Source: a virus
Length of the DNA stretch: 64,000 bases
Reading direction: 5' to 3' (one strand)
IMG/VR virus record: IMGVR_UViG_3300031857_000028
Coordinates: 1 to 64,000 of that record
Position numbers and translations under genes: made by a program. The notes under the pieces were generated by a model that ran no database searches, was not told the DNA's origin, and was given only the letters and a program-made list of their open reading frames with translations. Numbering within the stretch: position 1 is the first letter of the stretch; each line of letters begins with the position of its first letter. Below are positions 17,002 through 28,009 of this stretch, one piece after another.

Positions 17002-19512
17002 TTAGAATGCGAAGAAATCACTCGCATTTTGATTTACCTCCGTGGGTATGTTCCCCCAATTTAATGCGGTATAAAAATCTTCTAATTTATTTTTTAATTC
17101 ATTATCGAATAGGGCATCAGTATCCATGAATTTATCAACTAAGTCAATAATTTCTTTCGGGTCATGATATCCCTTAACAGCAACCGCATCGATTTGTAAT
17201 GGATTATTTTTCAGATATACATATTTGATTTTTTCCCCATCAGAAATCTTTTCATACTGTGTATGAATACCATAATACTTTAATAATCTATTGTATACGA
17301 TTGCCGCCTTAATGTGCGCAGGTGTTCCTTTCCTAAACTTATTTAATGCATTCGTGGGCTCCGAATCATATTCCGATATGTTGTTTGCCGAAGTATTTCT
17401 TGCAACTTCCAAGTAATTAACCGTCTCCAAAGATTGTTTCAATTCCAATACTCTGTTATCAATAATATCTTTGGAAACTTTTTTAAGAATATCCTTTAGA
17501 AGTTGCGTCATGAATTCACGGAACACTTTAGGAAAACTGGAACGTACTACGTCCAACCCTTTCACCACCATTTTATTTACGTCTTGGTTTGTTTCCAAAT
17601 CATACACCTTATCAAGAGCATATCGTTTCTTGGATACCCAGAAGCCGGTCGAGGCAACTGATTCACCCTTAATGAATAATTTGTGATTATCACAGTTAAA
17701 TGCTTTCTTAGCAAATGTATCATAAAAACGATTTAATGTAGCTTCCATTTCCCGAGCCTTATCAATCGTAAACTGCTTGCAATCACAACCATTGGGCATG
17801 ATGGGCGTTGCAGATGCATAGATGGAATCAGTATCAATATATGTTACATGGTCCCCTTCCATACCCAATAACTTCTCGTAATGCTTATTTACCACCTTAG
17901 CAGTAGATTTAATTACGTCTTGACCCGTAATCGTTACGGCGGCGGCATTATCAACGTCATAGAAACGGAAAACGGGAAGACCAAGAACACCGTATAGAGA
18001 ATTCAAGAAAATCTTTTGAATATGCTGACGACGGTCATAATACGATGCCTTGTCCTTATCACCTTCGTTTACATACTTCTTCATTAGATTCTTATACTCA
18101 ACACGTTGTGCAAACCATGTTTCAAGAATTTCTGGAATGATTCCCCGTTTCTGATTGGAATACAGCACCCCGTTCGAACTAATCGTTAGATTATTCTCTG
18201 TGAGAAATTCCATGAACGTGTTGTAATCCATTTCCATCGATGCAGTTGTTCCCTTCTCCTCCACAACATACGCAACAATTTCTTTACGGAAATGTTGTTC
18301 CATATTCCAATTTCTCACAAACCCAATCTTCGTTTCAGGACTAATGTTGAGACTCATAATAATACTTGGATACAGAGATTGTAAGTCGAGTGAATACACC
18401 CAATCATACAATCCAGGAATAGGGTCTTTTACAAATGCTCCAACGAACCCGTCGCCCTCTGACTCCATCTTATCACGACCGCCGTCGGGTTTATCAGTTA
18501 CAACAATCCCTTTGCGATGTAGATAGGTAACGATAGTTCCTTCTAGGAAACGGGATGACATGTTATAATCTTCATACGGAACATGACCGATATGGCAAAT
18601 GCCACGTACCAATTCAATTAGATTCAATTTCTTGTCAAGGTCTACAATAAGACGCACGTCTTCCAGGTTATATTCAATAAACTTATTGAGGTCATCACGG
18701 AATAGTTGGTCGAGTGAACCATCGTATTCTACCTTACCTCGTCCTAGTTCTGTGCGAGCAACCGTGTCTAAACGATAATTCTGAAGTTGCGTGTAAGTAA
18801 ATTTCTTATACAAGTCGAGATAGTCCAGACAGGATACGCCAGCAATTCTGTAACGTTCTAATCGTTCAGAGTACTTTACCTTTCCAATAGGACTGAGCCG
18901 ATTTGCAATACCGGTTCCACAAACTTGCTTCAAACGATTGTACAAATACGGTACGTCGAATCCATTACTATTCCAACCCGTCAAAATTGTGGGCTGAATT
19001 TGTTCGTACACGGTTATGAACTTATGTAATAAGTCTTGTTCAGAATGGCAGAACATAATATCTGCTACTTCCGTGTTTCTATCCGTATACAGTTGTTGCG
19101 CGTCCAACACAAATACGGAATATTTTTCTATCGTTGGGTCGTATACCGCAATAGAAGTAATTTCGTTATTTGGATTCTGAGTATTTGGGATGCCGTTTGC
19201 CATCGACACCTCAATGTCAAAATACATAATAACGTTTCCTTCGGACGGATTATCTTCGTGTAAGTATAAATCAGTTAACACACGAGTTTCCTTACTCAAA
19301 TCACTTTCGAACACACTTGGATGACCCTTCGTAAATCGGCGAGTCTTAGACACTCGTTCACCGGTCATACTCAGATATTTTCCACTCGGGTCTTTTACGT
19401 ATGCATAATTAAATTCTGATAACGGACACGTTACCAATCCTTTTACATCGTCCCATACATAAACGGTTTGTTCATCGGTGTTTTGGTCAATATAAATATT
19501 TTGATATGCCAT
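17002..19512 (-). CDS. Family B DNA polymerase (gp43-like)
   Basis: FDIEV exonuclease motif, DLQSLYPSII, KIFLNSLYG, YIDTDS. Confidence 0.96.
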   Translation of the reverse strand: MAYQNIYIDQNTDEQTVYVWDDVKGLVTCPLSEFNYAYVKDPSGKYLSMTGERVSKTRRFTKGHPSVFESDLSKETRVLTDLYLHEDNPSEGNVIMYFDIEVSMANGIPNTQNPNNEITSIAVYDPTIEKYSVFVLDAQQLYTDRNTEVADIMFCHSEQDLLHKFITVYEQIQPTILTGWNSNGFDVPYLYNRLKQVCGTGIANRLSPIGKVKYSERLERYRIAGVSCLDYLDLYKKFTYTQLQNYRLDTVARTELGRGKVEYDGSLDQLFRDDLNKFIEYNLEDVRLIVDLDKKLNLIELVRGICHIGHVPYEDYNMSSRFLEGTIVTYLHRKGIVVTDKPDGGRDKMESEGDGFVGAFVKDPIPGLYDWVYSLDLQSLYPSIIMSLNISPETKIGFVRNWNMEQHFRKEIVAYVVEEKGTTASMEMDYNTFMEFLTENNLTISSNGVLYSNQKRGIIPEILETWFAQRVEYKNLMKKYVNEGDKDKASYYDRRQHIQKIFLNSLYGVLGLPVFRFYDVDNAAAVTITGQDVIKSTAKVVNKHYEKLLGMEGDHVTYIDTDSIYASATPIMPNGCDCKQFTIDKAREMEATLNRFYDTFAKKAFNCDNHKLFIKGESVASTGFWVSKKRYALDKVYDLETNQDVNKMVVKGLDVVRSSFPKVFREFMTQLLKDILKKVSKDIIDNRVLELKQSLETVNYLEVARNTSANNISEYDSEPTNALNKFRKGTPAHIKAAIVYNRLLKYYGIHTQYEKISDGEKIKYVYLKNNPLQIDAVAVKGYHDPKEIIDLVDKFMDTDALFDNELKNKLEDFYTALNWGNIPTEVNQNASDFFAF

Positions 19513-19551
19513 AAATTATAAATGCTAGGGTATAGTATAAACATACAACAA

Positions 19552-19574
19552 AGGGACTTGAAACTCAAGTCCCT
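19552..19574 (-). terminator. Hairpin / putative intrinsic terminator after dUTPase
   Basis: AGGGACTTG-N5-CAAGTCCCT followed by TTGTT. Confidence 0.5.
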
Positions 19575-19984
19575 GTTGAACCAAATCCCTTATCATTTCT
19601 ACCATCAGAAGATTCTAATTGCGTCACTTCTTCTACAATAAAATCCACCGTAGGTACTAGAATTAACTGTGCAATCTTTTCTCCGTGGCTAATCCGTTGA
19701 ACATCTTCACCCGCGTTGTGGAGAGCAACTTTAATTTCTCCCGTATACCCATTGTCAATGACTCCTGCGACAACAAACAAATTTCGTTTAGTTGCCACAC
19801 TGGAACGGTCACGGATAAGTGCTCCGTATCCCTCTGGGAATTGAATACACACTCCTGTACCCACCAATTCCGTTTGGCCCGGATAAATCGTGGTGACTCC
19901 CAAACTAAATAGGTCATATCCCAAATCACCGGCATGTGCTTTTTGCGGTAGTCCTGCATCAAAAAATAACTTTTTAACCTTCAT
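19565..19984 (-). CDS. dut: Trimeric dUTPase
   Basis: GYDL, RSS, GVIDNGYTGE, AQL, RNDKGFGSTG. Confidence 0.95.
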   Translation of the reverse strand: MKVKKLFFDAGLPQKAHAGDLGYDLFSLGVTTIYPGQTELVGTGVCIQFPEGYGALIRDRSSVATKRNLFVVAGVIDNGYTGEIKVALHNAGEDVQRISHGEKIAQLILVPTVDFIVEEVTQLESSDGRNDKGFGSTGT

Positions 19985-20357
19985 TTATTTTACCCCCATG
20001 TTGTTTAAACACTTCATCTATTACTTCATATATAAACTTTTTCATTGTAGCCTCATCACCACCACCAATTTTTTCAGTAGCATTCTGGCCACGAAAAAAC
20101 GACTTAAAGTGAGGGACTCCATTGATTCCATACGTGGTAGACACAAACTCCTTTTGTTCTACAGGTTCCCACGCATTTATCTTAAAAAATTGAATATCAA
20201 CTGGCATACCTTCAAACAAGGTTGAAACTGCCTCGTAGTGGGGCATAGTAGCTTTACAGGGACCACATGTGGGACCATAAAACATTACTACCCTAATTAT
20301 ACTATCTTGGTATGGAAGAGGCTCAATCATCTCAGCCATGGTAATTTCCGTGACCAT
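19974..20357 (-). CDS. Thioredoxin-like protein
   Basis: FYGPTCGPCK, GVPHF. Confidence 0.85.
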   Translation of the reverse strand: MVTEITMAEMIEPLPYQDSIIRVVMFYGPTCGPCKATMPHYEAVSTLFEGMPVDIQFFKINAWEPVEQKEFVSTTYGINGVPHFKSFFRGQNATEKIGGGDEATMKKFIYEVIDEVFKQHGGKINEG

Positions 20358-20361
20358 ATTA

Positions 20362-20724
20362 TTACTCCAAATAACGTTTGAGTTTTGATTTTATTTTTTT
20401 GGTATTACTATTAATATCAGCTTCCCAGAGATGGATAAATTTATAACCAAGTTCTTGAAATCTAGTTTTTCTTTCTAAATCTCTAACCCAAATTTCTTGA
20501 GCAGTTTTCTTTTTTCCTTTATTAAAATAACTCGGTTTATATTTTTGTGGATTACAATGCCAGAAATCTCCATAACATTCAATAATATACTCGCCATTCA
20601 CCAAGAAGTCAACATTGTATTTATCAATCTCTATCTGTGCCTCAAATTTTACATTCAACCGTTTCAAAATATCATAGACTTTTTGTTCAATTTTATTTAA
20701 CGATGAACGTTTTTTACTACACAT
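20362..20724 (-). CDS. Vsr/DUF559-like endonuclease
   Basis: VDFL, IIECYGDFWH, LGYKFIHLWE. Confidence 0.75.
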   Translation of the reverse strand: MCSKKRSSLNKIEQKVYDILKRLNVKFEAQIEIDKYNVDFLVNGEYIIECYGDFWHCNPQKYKPSYFNKGKKKTAQEIWVRDLERKTRFQELGYKFIHLWEADINSNTKKIKSKLKRYLE

Positions 20725-20727
20725 ATA

Positions 20728-20994
20728 TTAGTCACTTAAAGCCGAAGTAATTGCATCAATATATTTTTGTTTTGATTGTAGTCCAACCATTCTATCTATC
20801 GTCTGGTTGTCTTTCTCAATAATTACCGTTGGAACATTTCTAATTGCATAGAGTTGTGCAATCATCGGCTTCTCATCAACATCTACGGTAATAAATTTTA
20901 CATCGGTAAATTGTTCTTCCAACTTTTTAAACTCGGGTGCTAAGAGTTTACAAGGGCCGCACCAAGGTGCGCTAAATCGTGTTACATGAATCAT
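20728..20994 (-). CDS. trxA: Thioredoxin
   Basis: FSAPWCGPCK, VDVD, NVPT. Confidence 0.9.
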   Translation of the reverse strand: MIHVTRFSAPWCGPCKLLAPEFKKLEEQFTDVKFITVDVDEKPMIAQLYAIRNVPTVIIEKDNQTIDRMVGLQSKQKYIDAITSALSD

Positions 20995-23669
20995 TGTTTT
21001 ATTGAAACTCCAAATGAAAGTGTTCGTCCTGCATTAAATCCTTCACGCTCCATAGTTCCTTGTGTATAACTATAACGAGCGTCCAACAAATTACGCATAT
21101 CTAATCGTGCGGTGACATTGTGAGCCACCGGCATTTTAACTGTGACATCTAACAAGTTTCTGGCCTTTTCCACGATATTGGGAAGCGGCATAACACCTGC
21201 TGCAAAGATTCTGTCACCCACTCTATTAAAGAGAATGGTTGCGTTGGTTTTACCATCCAATGATGAATACGTCAATCCCGTGTTCATGACATACGGTGCT
21301 TGTCCAACCAAGGCTCTGGATTTGTCCGTCACCGTTAATGCTTGCGTGGTATCTAATTGTACCAACGAATGCATCAAAGTAATATTACTAAATGTACTCA
21401 CATGTGTCAAGAGTTGTTTACGAAGTTCTAGTTCCACGCCATAATTTGTTGCAGAGATGGCATTCTGGAATCGTGCTTGGTATGCCCCAGACGTTGCCTG
21501 TTCCAATCGTTCTATGGGGTTGATAAAGTGTTTGCTGAATACACCAACACTTATGACTTCATAATTCGTTGGAAACCATTCGTAACGAATATCTACATTA
21601 TTAATGAGTGCTCGTTGGAGATTACTATTTCCAGTAATACTCACACCACCTAATACGTCACGGAATGTAACCGGTGATAGTTCCCGATACTCTGGACGAG
21701 ATAGTGTGCGAGACACAGCAAATCGAAGATTTTGTGCGTCTGTTAATTTTGTATTAATTAATAATGACGGTAATACATCCATGTTTTCTAACCCAGACCC
21801 AGCTTCAAATCCACCTTGGGTTCTGGTATTTACTTTGATGGTTGCTGATTCCAAACGTCCACCAGCAATCATTCGTACCTTATCCGTTAATTGCCATTCT
21901 GACATTGCATAAGTAGCTTGTGTTACGTCGGATGCGGTATATGAACCGGCTTGTCCGATAGGTTGTACATTTACCGTAGTAGCTTGTTCTTTACTGAAAA
22001 TTACATTAGCAGGTTGTGCAGTAATCTCTTCGTTTGCTCTGGATATAAATGCATATATCGGTGCCTCTGCCGTTCTATTCGTGGTTCTACTATATAGTCC
22101 CACCTTAATAAGATTTTGATTCAACGTAAACGTGTGGTCTACTTGTCCTACGATATTGGTTTCTCCCAAATCGAAATAGACACGACGAGCACCGTCTAAC
22201 GAAGACAAAATACGATAGGTACCAGCAGATACACGAGAATATACCACATCAGAACGGTCGGGTTCTTTTCGAACAGTGTTACCATATGTCAATGACCATG
22301 CAGTTTTATTTGCATTGGATACTTGATGTTCACCCAGTGCGGTCATGTTCACCACTCCACGGGCAACATATCGTAACGTGGTACGAGCAATACTGTCATT
22401 TAGATTTTCATCAAATCCACCGTCTACTCGTGCTTCATTATCAGCATTTCTGGTAAGGGTAGTGTTCAATGCTATACGAGAGTTTTGACCTAACATTGCC
22501 GAAAGATTTGCTATTCCTCCCCACTGTACACCAACTCTGCCGGTGGTACCTTGTAACGTGGTAAGTGGTACCACGGTATTGTTTGCTCCTTGATTACCTA
22601 CGGCAGTAACTTCATCAGCCTTTCGTTCTTCAGAATATCCATAATTGGCACTAACAACATATCCAATACGTTTTCCAAGAATACTGTTTCCACCGGCAGA
22701 TACCCCCACTGACCCATTTCCCATTCCATTTCGATAAATGGGTGACCAAACATTACGTTGCTGAGTTACAATATCCTGCATCTGCTGTGGAGTTACTGTA
22801 CCAAAAAAATTTGCTTGCTGCAATGCGGTTGGCATGTTACGTGATGAACCGACTAATCCAAGTCTTTCACCGCCAACTCGTGGAGCAGTCGGCATATATT
22901 CATTGAGTACCACCGAGTTTCCACCAAACCCAACTGAATAATTCACTTCACGATTTGCAGGAAATTCCTTCGTACGAATATTAATATTTGCTCCAGCAAA
23001 GTCACCAGGTTGGTCTGGAGAGAATGTTTTACTGGTACTAATATCTTGAAGTAGTGATGTAGGAAATAAATCTAACGGAACAACTTTACGTTCTGGTTCT
23101 GGGCTTGGAATACGAACACCGTTTAATGCTGCCGTCGTATACCGTTCACTTAATCCACGAACTTGTAAGTATTTCCCATCTTGTACCGTAACACCGCTAA
23201 TACGCTGTGCTGCTTGTGCCGCATCTCCATCGGGGGAACGAGAGATTTGTTCTGCGGTAATAGCATTGACCACATTTGTCGAATTTCTTTGTTGATTCAA
23301 TGCTTCACTAATCGTTCCCTTTTCTTTTGCTGCCGTGACACTCACTGCCGCGAGTTGAATTTTTGCAGCAGTCAGTGACACATCTTGATTAATAATACCA
23401 TCGACGGGGACAACAATCCCAGTGATAGTCTTTGGGGTGTATCCAATACGACGAACTTGCAGGGTTACGGTGCCAGCTCCTACCTTCAACCGATACCGTC
23501 CGTCCAAGCCGGAGGCACCACCCGTTGTGGTACCTACGACTTGAATTCCTGCGTCCACGATACCTTGACCTGTCGTAGCGTCAAGGACTTTTCCAACAAT
23601 CTGACCAGTTTGTGCCTGAACCAATGTTGGACACAATATGAAAACAGCAGTTAATAATTTTCTCAACAT
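20991..23669 (-). CDS. TonB-dependent outer-membrane receptor
   Basis: Signal peptide, carboxypeptidase-regulatory-like N-domain, plug (VRGLSERY..LNG..LDLFP), barrel strands, RNLLD near C-terminus. Confidence 0.9.
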   Translation of the reverse strand: MLRKLLTAVFILCPTLVQAQTGQIVGKVLDATTGQGIVDAGIQVVGTTTGGASGLDGRYRLKVGAGTVTLQVRRIGYTPKTITGIVVPVDGIINQDVSLTAAKIQLAAVSVTAAKEKGTISEALNQQRNSTNVVNAITAEQISRSPDGDAAQAAQRISGVTVQDGKYLQVRGLSERYTTAALNGVRIPSPEPERKVVPLDLFPTSLLQDISTSKTFSPDQPGDFAGANINIRTKEFPANREVNYSVGFGGNSVVLNEYMPTAPRVGGERLGLVGSSRNMPTALQQANFFGTVTPQQMQDIVTQQRNVWSPIYRNGMGNGSVGVSAGGNSILGKRIGYVVSANYGYSEERKADEVTAVGNQGANNTVVPLTTLQGTTGRVGVQWGGIANLSAMLGQNSRIALNTTLTRNADNEARVDGGFDENLNDSIARTTLRYVARGVVNMTALGEHQVSNANKTAWSLTYGNTVRKEPDRSDVVYSRVSAGTYRILSSLDGARRVYFDLGETNIVGQVDHTFTLNQNLIKVGLYSRTTNRTAEAPIYAFISRANEEITAQPANVIFSKEQATTVNVQPIGQAGSYTASDVTQATYAMSEWQLTDKVRMIAGGRLESATIKVNTRTQGGFEAGSGLENMDVLPSLLINTKLTDAQNLRFAVSRTLSRPEYRELSPVTFRDVLGGVSITGNSNLQRALINNVDIRYEWFPTNYEVISVGVFSKHFINPIERLEQATSGAYQARFQNAISATNYGVELELRKQLLTHVSTFSNITLMHSLVQLDTTQALTVTDKSRALVGQAPYVMNTGLTYSSLDGKTNATILFNRVGDRIFAAGVMPLPNIVEKARNLLDVTVKMPVAHNVTARLDMRNLLDARYSYTQGTMEREGFNAGRTLSFGVSIKQ

Positions 23670-23686
23670 AAGATTAGTATAAAGGT

Positions 23687-25537
23687 TTAAATAACCTCAC
23701 ATCCTCCAGCACCACATGCAACTTCACCGGCAAGGTTTGTTACGTCTTCCAATTCAACCACTTGCGTTAAATCAATCATATGTAAGTGTGTTAGAAGCTC
23801 TTCATACTTTTCCTTCGTGATGTCTTCAAATGGGGCCTGCACATAGCTATGGTCAGAGAACGGTAACACACTGAGTGCCGTGAAGTTTTCCTTATTGGTC
23901 CACATCCATTCTCCAACTTCTTCCCACTCCCCATCCTTGATGGACACGGTGACCGAAACATTATTCTTGTTCTCACCCTTACGATGGCCCGTCTTCACCC
24001 AATCCTTCCAAACCTTACTTACTCTACCAAGTAAATCAAGTGCCGTTTCTTGACGGGTAACTGCTCCTTCTGGAGCACGTTGTGGGATACCGATAACGGC
24101 TTGAATGTTCGGCTTGAAGTAATCGTCTTCCAAGAGTTCTGGGTGGTTGAACAACAAGTACGAGTAAATACTTTCATTCTTACCGACACGAATACGACGG
24201 ATGTAATACTCGTTATGCCAAGCATGAATTCCAGAGGAAGTCCCAAGTACCAGCGAAGAGGTACCTTCGGGCTTGACCGTAGTAGTACGGGCAGCTTTCT
24301 TGATGCCAAGTAATTCCGCTACTCTTTCGTTCTCCGCCTTCACTAGATTTGCTGCTTCCTTCATATCCAGCTTTAGTACCGCACCAGAGGCAATACCGGT
24401 CATAGATACGCCAATCAGTGCTTCGCGTTCGGTAGTCTTTTTCCATATATCTCTCAAATAGTGGAAGTTCGTATAACTTGCTTGAAGGGTACCAATAAAG
24501 GCGGCTGCCCGTGCACGGGCATTCAGGTCATCTTGGTCTACCACACTTCCTGCATCAATGGTAGTAAGATTACAGAACTGAAAGGGACGGAGAGAAATTT
24601 CCGCACACGGGTTCAGCCCCCAACTTGCATCGTTCGTGAAGAAAAAGCCCGGTTCACCAGAACCACTCAATTCAATCTTTTTCCAGAGTTCCAAGAATGT
24701 TTCCTTTTCAATCTTGTGACGAACGATAACAGCACTGTTATTAGCACGAGCGCGTTGTGGATTATTCTCCCACCAATTACCGAACTTACATGTGAGCATG
24801 TCATCATCGTCCAAGTCAAACAAAGAGATCATAGCGGAACGACGAATACCACCAGAGAGTACTGCATCAGCAATGTAGCAAAGAATATCATGCACTTCAA
24901 TCGTACTAAGTTGTTCACCGTTCTGTTTACGATCAAAAATCTTTTGGATATTGTGAAGTGCATCCTTCAACGGTTCTGGACCAGGCGCCTTCCCACCCGA
25001 CGTAAGAAGTAATGCACCCTTCTGACGAATGTCACGGAAGTCAAATAATGGAAGAGGCTTGCCCTTTAAATACGAAGCTACCAATACCTTGACTGCATCT
25101 GCCCATCCTTCAATACTATCACCAACGAGATAGCGACGAGTCTTGGATGGCTTCGTAATCTCTGGTAACTTTTCAACGTGCTGTCTCTGTACTGAATACC
25201 CTACACCTGTACCAGACAACAATAAAAACATGACTTCACTAAAGGCATCTGGATGGTCTATAGGAAGAAAGCAACAATTATACAATCGTGCATTATTAAT
25301 TTCAATTGGTTTACCAGCAAACTGCAACGAGCGCATACTGGGGAGAATCTTCTTCTCGTAGACAAATGTATATGCGTCTTCGATTTCTGCACTCAAGTGC
25401 GGAAACTTCTGTAGGTGCATATTTTTGTTACGGGTCACCAATTCTTCCCATGTTTCTCTGCGTTGTAGTTCTGGTATGTACTTCGCATATTTCATAAATG
25501 TCGTAATTTCCGACAATAGCTTTGATTCTAACAACAT
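23687..25537 (-). CDS. nrdJ: Class II (adenosylcobalamin) ribonucleotide reductase
   Basis: LPSMR, NC, GGIRRSA, NPCAEI, CNLT, TTVKPEGT, C-terminal CGAGGC. Confidence 0.92.
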   Translation of the reverse strand: MLLESKLLSEITTFMKYAKYIPELQRRETWEELVTRNKNMHLQKFPHLSAEIEDAYTFVYEKKILPSMRSLQFAGKPIEINNARLYNCCFLPIDHPDAFSEVMFLLLSGTGVGYSVQRQHVEKLPEITKPSKTRRYLVGDSIEGWADAVKVLVASYLKGKPLPLFDFRDIRQKGALLLTSGGKAPGPEPLKDALHNIQKIFDRKQNGEQLSTIEVHDILCYIADAVLSGGIRRSAMISLFDLDDDDMLTCKFGNWWENNPQRARANNSAVIVRHKIEKETFLELWKKIELSGSGEPGFFFTNDASWGLNPCAEISLRPFQFCNLTTIDAGSVVDQDDLNARARAAAFIGTLQASYTNFHYLRDIWKKTTEREALIGVSMTGIASGAVLKLDMKEAANLVKAENERVAELLGIKKAARTTTVKPEGTSSLVLGTSSGIHAWHNEYYIRRIRVGKNESIYSYLLFNHPELLEDDYFKPNIQAVIGIPQRAPEGAVTRQETALDLLGRVSKVWKDWVKTGHRKGENKNNVSVTVSIKDGEWEEVGEWMWTNKENFTALSVLPFSDHSYVQAPFEDITKEKYEELLTHLHMIDLTQVVELEDVTNLAGEVACGAGGCEVI

Positions 25538-25587
25538 CTATACTTCTCCAGATTAGTTAAGGTATGTAGGTTCATATAAGTAGTGGG

Positions 25588-26973
25588 TCACTCGTCAGAA
25601 AAATCGTCATGTAACTCTGAGAATTTCTTAGCCAGTGTCTTTTTTAGTAGGGTTTCACCGGACTGCATCTGCTTCTTCAACAGCATGCCCTTCGATGAAT
25701 TTTCGTCATAAATTTCAATTTTACCGATAGAAGTATTCATATACACCGGAAGTGTTACACCATCCGAACCAAATCGGTTCTTCATCACATGCGCTCGTCC
25801 AGTATGATTTGCCTTATCTTCCAGTTTACGTGACAATGAAATCACCAAGTCTGCATTCATAATCTTTTCATATGATGACGCAATCTTATCGGCTTCAATA
25901 ATATCATCTTGGATAGAACTACGTTGTGTCTGTGAGGCCGTCCAAATCGGTACACCCAATTCACCCGACATACCACGAATTTCTTTATAGATTTCTCCAA
26001 GTTCTTGGTGTCGTGCTTCCACTCTGTCGGCTGACCGCATCAAGTCCGCATAGTCAATAATTACCAAGTCGGGCTTCATCTTCGAAGCAGTCAAGTTATC
26101 CAAGTGGGCACGAATGGTGTGAACCGTGATGGCGCTTGCGGGATAGTATTTGATGATAATATCACCGGCAATACTATCAACCGTCAACCGTACACTGTCC
26201 GCATTATCGGGAATACTACTCGGTTCAATTCCCGTAAAAATGGTATCAAACCGTAGTCCCACATAATTCTCATTCAGTTCCAACGTATAATACACCACAC
26301 GTTTTCCGTTACGAGCAGCATTGGCACCAATCGTAGCAAGTGCCCAACTCTTACCAATACCAGAGGGAGCAGCAATAACACCCAATTCACCGGCAGCAAG
26401 TCCGCCACCAATCAACGTATCAATTGCATCCCATCCCGTAGCAACAGTATTTCTCGACTGTCCTGCCAATCGTAGTTCAATATCCTTTTTCCAATCATGT
26501 CCGATGTTTCGGGGCTGACCAGACTTCAACGCAGCATCTACGAGGGTTTTAATATCGGAATATCGTCCCATCTGTAGAAGGTCTACGGACCTCACGATTG
26601 CCGACTTCAATGCTTGATTCTTTGCGAAGTCTAAGAAACTATCTTTGACGTATTCAAGGTCATCATCGTTCTTTCTCTGAAAGGCCATTTTCAGTTGTTC
26701 TTTCACTGCAACCTTCAGAACGTCATCCTTCTGCTTGTCCAGTTCAATCTTGAACACTTCCAGTGTTGGAATTGCCTTATAATCTGTATAATAGTCAATA
26801 GTCTTTTCTACAATCCACTGACCAGCATCTGATTCAAAGAATTTCGGATTTAATACATCTAACGACTGCTGTAGAAACTCGGTAGAAGAAAAAAGATTTG
26901 CTAATACTTTAGCCTGAAAGGTTGGTCCGTATTTTGCTAGGTTATCTACGTTTGTATCAAATGTTGCTGTCAT
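25588..26973 (-). CDS. Replicative helicase (gp41/DnaB-like)
   Basis: APSGIGKS, YTLEL, IIDYADL, WTASQ, KNRFG. Confidence 0.92.
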   Translation of the reverse strand: MTATFDTNVDNLAKYGPTFQAKVLANLFSSTEFLQQSLDVLNPKFFESDAGQWIVEKTIDYYTDYKAIPTLEVFKIELDKQKDDVLKVAVKEQLKMAFQRKNDDDLEYVKDSFLDFAKNQALKSAIVRSVDLLQMGRYSDIKTLVDAALKSGQPRNIGHDWKKDIELRLAGQSRNTVATGWDAIDTLIGGGLAAGELGVIAAPSGIGKSWALATIGANAARNGKRVVYYTLELNENYVGLRFDTIFTGIEPSSIPDNADSVRLTVDSIAGDIIIKYYPASAITVHTIRAHLDNLTASKMKPDLVIIDYADLMRSADRVEARHQELGEIYKEIRGMSGELGVPIWTASQTQRSSIQDDIIEADKIASSYEKIMNADLVISLSRKLEDKANHTGRAHVMKNRFGSDGVTLPVYMNTSIGKIEIYDENSSKGMLLKKQMQSGETLLKKTLAKKFSELHDDFSDE

Positions 26974-28009
26974 GAGTAAATCTGTTTAGAGGAATAAAGT
27001 TTTGTGTAATCCACGAATCATAGTTCGGGAACGCACTTAGTAACTTAGAACGCATGAGTAGTTGTGTCAAGGTGTATTTCTGTAGTTCCACGGAACTGTC
27101 ACGGTACTTACCCGCCACTTTCATACGTGCATCTACTGACATTATTCCTTCGTGTAAGTTCATCAATACCAAATTACGTTCTACTACATCTTTATTATTT
27201 AGTATATTCTCAATCATTTTCGGAATTTTCTTCTGACCCGTATATTTTTGCTGTATCATGTCAAAAGAAATTTCCGTTGTTGGGTCGGCAATTTCAGGCA
27301 AATACTTTTTCAAAGTTACTTCACCAACGCCTTTCACGCCATCAATGTTGTCACTCTTATCTCCGTTTAATGCACGGAAGAAATGAAAATGTTTTGGATG
27401 AATACCATAATCTTCTAGAATAACCTGTTCATCAAAGGTCTTCTTTCGAACAGGATTATAAATCTTTACCGACTCTGATGCCAGTTGGAAGAAATCTTTA
27501 TCGGTAGAATAAATAATACTCTTACCACCGTCTGCAGTAATTAACTGCGTTAGGTACGCAATCACATCATCCGCTTCCACGTTATCTATAGCAGAAATCG
27601 TTACTGGAAGGCATTCTAGTATCTGCACCAGTTCGACCAACTGCCACTTCATGTTCTCCCGTTCTTGTTCGTCGGTCGTCATGTCGTAGGCACGATTCAA
27701 TCGTACGGCAGGTTTTCTGTTTGCCTTATACTGTGGGTAAATCTTTCTTCGACGCTGACTACCACCCTTCCCATCAAATACAATAATACAGCGGGTAGGT
27801 TTAAACGTTCGTATAGCAAGACCAAGACTTTTCAAAAAGCCTATCATGCCACCGATATGATTACCGTTATCGTCCATTGACGGTACTGCCGTATAACTTC
27901 TGATAAAGAGATTCATTGCATCGACCAACAGGACACGACTATTATAAGTCATGCCCTGTTCGTCGTTTTCAAACTTCATATTTTGAAAAACTTCGTTGAT
28001 GTTAACCAT
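26957..28009 (-). CDS. 5'-3' exonuclease / flap endonuclease
   Basis: LLVDAMN, VFDG, YKANR, EADD, STDKD, GDKSDNIDGVKGVG. Confidence 0.92.
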   Translation of the reverse strand: MVNINEVFQNMKFENDEQGMTYNSRVLLVDAMNLFIRSYTAVPSMDDNGNHIGGMIGFLKSLGLAIRTFKPTRCIIVFDGKGGSQRRRKIYPQYKANRKPAVRLNRAYDMTTDEQERENMKWQLVELVQILECLPVTISAIDNVEADDVIAYLTQLITADGGKSIIYSTDKDFFQLASESVKIYNPVRKKTFDEQVILEDYGIHPKHFHFFRALNGDKSDNIDGVKGVGEVTLKKYLPEIADPTTEISFDMIQQKYTGQKKIPKMIENILNNKDVVERNLVLMNLHEGIMSVDARMKVAGKYRDSSVELQKYTLTQLLMRSKLLSAFPNYDSWITQNFIPLNRFTHDSNI

